From positions 1-51,606 of the forward strand of contig JAZRPO010000065.1 in the NCBI GenBank assembly GCA_045649265.1: 51,606 bases of DNA, given 5' to 3'. This DNA comes from Eubacteriales bacterium. Lineage in GTDB: Bacteria > Bacillota > Clostridia > Oscillospirales > JAAYXM01. How positions within the stretch are numbered: the stretch's first letter is position 1; each line of letters opens with the position of its first letter. The notes under the pieces were generated by a model, which was given only the letters and a program-made list of their open reading frames with translations, did not search any database and was not told the origin of the DNA. Shown piece by piece: positions 47,238 through 51,606 of this stretch. The translations under genes were made by a program, and so were the position numbers.

Positions 47238-47957
47238 ATGGAGTTGGATTTAAAAAAAACAGTGCTAGTGTTGCTTTCACGTGCTCGCAGTATAGTGGGG
47301 ATAACGCTTTTGTGTGCACTCGCTTTCTTTGTTTTCAGCAACTTTTTCATCACCCCTGTCTACACCTCGCAGACGTTGCTTCACGTTTCAAACACGACTG
47401 AGCGCAAGTCGTCCATTGTTACAACAAGTGATGTTGAGGTTTCGCGAGAGCTTCTTGAAACATGCGTTGTTATTTTAAACAGCAGAACAGTTCTTGATAA
47501 GGTTGCAGCGCAGTCAGGGCTTAATTACACGGCATCGCAGATAAAGGGTATGATTTCTGCCGAGTCTGTTTCTTCGACTGAAATTTTCAAAATTTCGGTT
47601 ACGCACACAGACCCCAAGGAAGCCCAGATTCTGGCGGATACGATCACAAGGGTTGCCCCCGGCGAATTCAAGCGAGTTCTCAACGGCGGCGCAGTTTCAG
47701 TAGTTGACTATGCAACGCTTCCGCTTTCCCCATCGGCTCCGAACGTTGCAAGAAACACAATCCTCGGAGCTATCCTCGGCGCAGGCATCACAATACTCAT
47801 TTTCTTGTTAAGAGAAGCAATGGATACAACCGTTCGTGACGAGGTTATTCTTGAAGAAGAATTCAGTATTCCGGTTATCGGGTTGATCCCGTCTTTTGAA
47901 TTGACAGAAAAGGATCCCCAGACCTTTTTCGATAAGATCAGGAAAAGGAGGGAGTAA
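47238..47957 (+). CDS. Wzz/CpsC-type polysaccharide chain-length determinant (BY-kinase transmembrane modulator)
   Basis: 239 aa with two TM segments flanking an extracellular loop. Immediately precedes the BY-kinase. Confidence 0.85.
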   Translation: MELDLKKTVLVLLSRARSIVGITLLCALAFFVFSNFFITPVYTSQTLLHVSNTTERKSSIVTTSDVEVSRELLETCVVILNSRTVLDKVAAQSGLNYTASQIKGMISAESVSSTEIFKISVTHTDPKEAQILADTITRVAPGEFKRVLNGGAVSVVDYATLPLSPSAPNVARNTILGAILGAGITILIFLLREAMDTTVRDEVILEEEFSIPVIGLIPSFELTEKDPQTFFDKIRKRRE

Positions 47958-47960
47958 CAG

Positions 47961-48719
47961 GTGGGTTTTTTAAAACTTAAAAACAAACTTAAAAACGAAA
48001 AAAAGGTGTTTACAGACAAAGAGCGCCTCATTCGTGTTGACAGCCACTTTACAATAATTGAGGCATACAAAAGAATGAGGACCAATCTTCTTTTTATGCT
48101 TGGCAAGGAAAGAAAAGTGATTGCGTTTACAAGCACCACTGCGAATGAAGGAAAGACAACAAACTGTTTAAATCTCGGAATCACCTTTTCACAGATGGGG
48201 AAGAAAACGCTCATAATAGATATGGATATGCGCAGGCCGCAGATTCACCACTATTTTGATGTTGAAGCTTCTCCCGGTCTTTCGGAAGTCCTTGCGGGCT
48301 TTTCCCAGAAACCAACCATTTTAAAAACCGAGTACGAAAATCTTTACGTGCTTCCCGCGGGGAAAACTCCGCCCTCACCGCCGGAGCTCATTATGTCGCA
48401 AGTATTTCTTTCGCTTCTTGAAGAGCTGAAATCCGAGTTTGAGTACATCTTCATTGATACGCCTCCGGTCCAACTTGTTACGGATCTCGCTGTTGTTGCA
48501 GGGAAAATCGATGGTGTTGTATTTGTAGTTCGTGAAAGAGAAGTTCCGATAGATATGCTCAAAAAAGCTGTTGCGAGCATTGAGCAGGTTGGCGGAAAGC
48601 TTCTGGGCTTTGTTCTCAATGACTCTAATAAAGCCTCTGCATACTTGCAGTACAGATACCGCAGAAAGTATGCAAAGAAATATGGGTATGGATATTCTAA
48701 CGTTGACGAACAGGCTTAG
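47961..48719 (+). CDS. CpsD/CapB-type bacterial tyrosine kinase (BY-kinase)
   Basis: Walker A-like STTANEGKTT, Walker A' IIDMDMRRP, Walker B IFIDTPP, C-terminal tyrosine cluster YLQYRYRRKYAKKYGYGYS. GTG start after aaggaggg. Confidence 0.88.
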   Translation: MGFLKLKNKLKNEKKVFTDKERLIRVDSHFTIIEAYKRMRTNLLFMLGKERKVIAFTSTTANEGKTTNCLNLGITFSQMGKKTLIIDMDMRRPQIHHYFDVEASPGLSEVLAGFSQKPTILKTEYENLYVLPAGKTPPSPPELIMSQVFLSLLEELKSEFEYIFIDTPPVQLVTDLAVVAGKIDGVVFVVREREVPIDMLKKAVASIEQVGGKLLGFVLNDSNKASAYLQYRYRRKYAKKYGYGYSNVDEQA

Positions 48720-48730
48720 AGGATATTCAT

Positions 48731-49414
48731 ATGTATGTTGATTTTCATTCCCACATCTTGCCGCAGGCTGACCATGGCTCTGAAAATATAGAAATGAGCC
48801 TTTCCCAGCTTTCTTTTGCCGCTTGCGCCGGTGTGGATACGATAATCGCAACCCCTCATTATTATATGGAAGATAACTCTGTTGACGAGTTTCTTGACAG
48901 ACGGGAGAAGGCATATGAGCAGCTTTCGAAAAAGAATGAAAGCGGCATCAGAATTATAAAGGCTGCAGAGGTGCAGATCGTTGGGGACATATTACATCTC
49001 CCTGATTTGCAGAAGCTCTGTATAGAAGGAACAAATGCAATTTTGTTAGAGTTTCCGCCTGAGCCTTGGCCATATTGGATATACGATACCGTTGTTCAGA
49101 TAAAAGAAGAACGAGGGCTTGTTCCCATATGTGCCCATATAGACAGATATTCTCCGCGCGGATGTGAGAAAATCCTGAGAACTGATGCATATGTTCAGAT
49201 AAATGCTTCAGCATTTTACGGTATCGGTTATCGCAAGCGATATTTCTCAAAGCTCATTTCAGAAAACCGGATTCACTTTCTTGGAAGTGATTCGCACTGT
49301 AGCGGAGAGCGTGCGTACAAGGAATTCTCCAAAGCTGTGAAGCGGCTTTCTCGTCAAATGCCGGCTATAACGGAAAATTCACGTAAACTACTCGCAAAGG
49401 GCGAGTTAAAATAA
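48731..49414 (+). CDS. PHP-family protein-tyrosine phosphatase (CpsB/YwqE type)
   Basis: MYVDFHSHILPQADHGS...TPHY...AHIDRY...GSDSH metal-binding motifs. Confidence 0.88.
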   Translation: MYVDFHSHILPQADHGSENIEMSLSQLSFAACAGVDTIIATPHYYMEDNSVDEFLDRREKAYEQLSKKNESGIRIIKAAEVQIVGDILHLPDLQKLCIEGTNAILLEFPPEPWPYWIYDTVVQIKEERGLVPICAHIDRYSPRGCEKILRTDAYVQINASAFYGIGYRKRYFSKLISENRIHFLGSDSHCSGERAYKEFSKAVKRLSRQMPAITENSRKLLAKGELK

Positions 49415-49450
49415 AATCAATAAGAAAATTTTTTGGGAAGGTGTTTAACA

Positions 49451-51244
49451 ATGAAAAAAACATTTAAAATCCTGATCGCAGCGGTTCTTAGCGCTGTAAT
49501 GCTTATGTCATTCGCATTTGCTGCAGAAGCTAACGTGCTTGATGGATTTGCAGATGCTCCGGAAGCAAGCAGCTGGAAGCATGCTGGTCTTGCAAGTGCG
49601 GTAGAAAACGGCATCATGAAGGGTGCGAACGGAAAGCTCAACCCCGATGCTCCGCTCACACGCGCAGAGCTCACGGCTATGATGGTCCGTGTTCTCGGTG
49701 CACAGCAGGATGCGGCAGACATTTCTCACTTTATTGATGTTGTGATTGACTCCTGGTACGCAGACTATATCAAGTCCGGTGTCGCTGTTAAGATCATCAA
49801 CGGCGCAGGCAACAAGATGATGCCTAACGACCCTGTTACACGTGAGCAGGCATTTGCTATCCTCGCTCGCACATTCGTTCTCGCAGCTGACAACGCAGGT
49901 GCGATTAACTCTTTCAACGACGCAGGTCGCGTTTCTGACTGGGCGAAAGACGCAACAGCAGCTCTTATTGAGAACAATGTTGTCCAGGGCGGTTCTGCAA
50001 ACGACATCCGTCCGCAGGCTAATGTAACCCGTGCAGAGTATGCAGCAATGCTTGACCGCCTTGTTGACACATACGCAAAGCCGGGTGAAAGCTATGCCGG
50101 CAAGACAATCAAGGGCAGCATCGTTATCACAAGCGCAGATGTTGACCTCACAGGCGCAATCATCGAAGGCAAGGTTATCATTGCTGATGCTGTTAACGGC
50201 AGCGAGATTGAACTTAAGGATGTTGATATCCAGGGCGACCTCGTTGTCAGAGCAGGTAGCGTAAAAGTTACAGGCGCAGCTTCAATCGGCAACGTTGTTT
50301 ACGGCAACCCGATTCATAAGGCTGAGGTTAAGGCTGACAAGGAAATCACAGCAGATAAGGTTGTCGTTTCCGAGAACGCAGCAGAAGTAAACAACGAAGT
50401 TTCTGCTGAGAAGGTAGAAATCAAGGCAGACGGCGCAGACGTTTCTCTCGGCGGCGAAACAACATATACAGAAGTTGAGGTTAAAGCTGAAGACGTTAAG
50501 GTTGAAGTAAACGCTGACGTTAAGGTTGAAAATGCAACAGTTGAAGGTGCAGGCAGCACAGTTACAGGTGCTGGTAAGGTTGAGAACGCTACAGTTTCTG
50601 AGGGTTCAAAGGTTGAGACCCAAGGAACAACCGTAACAGAGAAGCCGACAACTCCTGATACTCCTGATACTCCTGATACTCCTGATACACCCGATACTCC
50701 GGTAACTCCGTCAAAGCCGTCTGATTCTCCGAACACAGGAACAGTTCCGTCAAATCCGACAAGCTTTGATATCAGCGGTGCATATGTAACTTATGGCGAT
50801 CAGCAGAAGATTATGGCGACAATCAACGGAAATGTTGTAAAGTTCGATTTCACAAATGTAGACTCTGAAGTAGTTCTTGACAAGCTCTACATCACAGCTT
50901 CTTCAAAGAAGAATTGCGTACATCCTTATGCAACATTCTCAACAAATGAAGAAGAAGACATTGCAGATATTATTGCACAGATAATTGAAAATACAAACGA
51001 TCAGTTAGTTGTAATTGACGATGTGCAGACTTTTGATATTGCAACGCTCACAAATCTCGTTACTGATGCAAAGGACCTTTATAATTTGGTAAGCGAAATT
51101 GACGGAAGCCCGATCTTTAAAGATCTCTTCACTGCAGACGGAATCGAAATTTCCGGTAGCGACATCGCAAACACTGTAACATTTACAGGCAAGATCGGAA
51201 CACAGACCTTCAAGCTTCAGATCGTTCTTCCGACACTTCAGTAA
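49451..51244 (+). CDS. SLH-domain cell-surface protein with a beta-helix-like repeat region, Pro-Asp-Thr linker and a C-terminal domain of unknown function
   Basis: ATG at 49451. Signal peptide ...SFAFA. Three SLH-like repeats (FADAPEASSWKHAGLASAVENGIMKG; FIDVVIDSWYADYIKSGV; FNDAGRVSDWAKDATAALIENNVVQG). PDTPDTPDTPDTPDTP linker. Confidence 0.8.
   Translation: MKKTFKILIAAVLSAVMLMSFAFAAEANVLDGFADAPEASSWKHAGLASAVENGIMKGANGKLNPDAPLTRAELTAMMVRVLGAQQDAADISHFIDVVIDSWYADYIKSGVAVKIINGAGNKMMPNDPVTREQAFAILARTFVLAADNAGAINSFNDAGRVSDWAKDATAALIENNVVQGGSANDIRPQANVTRAEYAAMLDRLVDTYAKPGESYAGKTIKGSIVITSADVDLTGAIIEGKVIIADAVNGSEIELKDVDIQGDLVVRAGSVKVTGAASIGNVVYGNPIHKAEVKADKEITADKVVVSENAAEVNNEVSAEKVEIKADGADVSLGGETTYTEVEVKAEDVKVEVNADVKVENATVEGAGSTVTGAGKVENATVSEGSKVETQGTTVTEKPTTPDTPDTPDTPDTPDTPVTPSKPSDSPNTGTVPSNPTSFDISGAYVTYGDQQKIMATINGNVVKFDFTNVDSEVVLDKLYITASSKKNCVHPYATFSTNEEEDIADIIAQIIENTNDQLVVIDDVQTFDIATLTNLVTDAKDLYNLVSEIDGSPIFKDLFTADGIEISGSDIANTVTFTGKIGTQTFKLQIVLPTLQ
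50651..50704 (+). repeat. 9-bp tandem repeat (ACTCCTGAT x4 perfect, plus 2 degenerate units) encoding (TPD)n
   Basis: actcctgat actcctgat actcctgat actcctgat acacccgat actccggta. Confidence 0.85.
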
Positions 51245-51344
51245 GATTTAACACAAAAACCAAAACAAGCGTCCGTCATTGCGGGCGCTTGTCTTATCTT
51301 ATCGGAACCGGCAGAACAACTCTTTTCTTTAAGGAGGTGCCTTT

Positions 51345-51606
51345 TTGAAAAAGAAAACGAAAACAAAACTTATAATATGGGCAAGTGTTATTGTTTTTCT
51401 GATCATCGCAGGCTTTGCAGGCTATAAGTTTGCTCTCAACTATGCCGGTAGCCGGGCGATGAACGCTATAATTTCCAATCAACTAGAAGAAATGGTTGAT
51501 AGTGGAGAAATTACGCTTGAAGAAGTTGCACAAATTGCGCAGCCGGAAGAACCCCCTCTGGAAGAGAAGGAGGAGACTGCCCATGAGGAAACGGCTATTG
51601 TGTCGC
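51345..51606 (+). CDS. hypothetical membrane-anchored protein, 5' fragment (continues beyond the window)
   Basis: AAGGAGG, 7 nt, TTG start. LKKKTKTKLIIWASVIVFLIIAGFAGYKF... has one TM, then an acidic region. Open to the window end. Confidence 0.45.
   Translation, partial: MKKKTKTKLIIWASVIVFLIIAGFAGYKFALNYAGSRAMNAIISNQLEEMVDSGEITLEEVAQIAQPEEPPLEEKEETAHEETAIVS

Overview
This window is the chromosomal replication-origin region of a Firmicutes/Clostridia-type genome, probably Oscillospiraceae/Ruminococcaceae-like. That placement is inferred only from gene content: SCIFF, SLH proteins, remB and the origin gene order. The core is rpmH-rnpA-yidD-yidC-jag on the + strand, diverging from dnaA-dnaN-recF-remB-gyrB-gyrA on the - strand. 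A DnaA-box cluster and an AT-rich stretch lie in the dnaA-dnaN spacer. The left arm (- strand) carries rnhA, nifS/nifU, a MATE pump, tRNA-Thr/tRNA-Tyr, an AraC regulator with a TIM-barrel isomerase, a histidine phosphatase, UPF0371 (+ strand), an amino-acid ABC operon, a regulator-potABCD operon, and the 3' end of serS (+ strand, window edge). The right arm (+ strand) carries mnmG-rsmG, hisS-aspS, a GldA/F/G-like ABC operon with DUF4340, an aroE-aroK fusion, a Wzz/BY-kinase/PHP-phosphatase module and an SLH protein. Two opposite-strand blocks interrupt the right arm. The first is a PLP decarboxylase-fold gene, the SCIFF maturase, the SCIFF peptide and a secreted serine protease. The second is mgsA, a MinD-like ATPase and a 78-aa ORF. 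Most of the window is housekeeping. The least explained part is a small AT-rich island at about 11.6-13.5 kb next to the tRNA pair. Its three unrelated small genes share a conserved 3' flank, and it holds a dense inverted array of GTGAAAT/ATTTCAC heptamers separated by small hairpins. The SCIFF (ranthipeptide) locus is translationally coupled to the PLP enzyme and is the clearest specialised system. I saw no CRISPR array, transposase, integrase or rRNA. All calls rest on reading the sequence and recalled family motifs; no searches were run.
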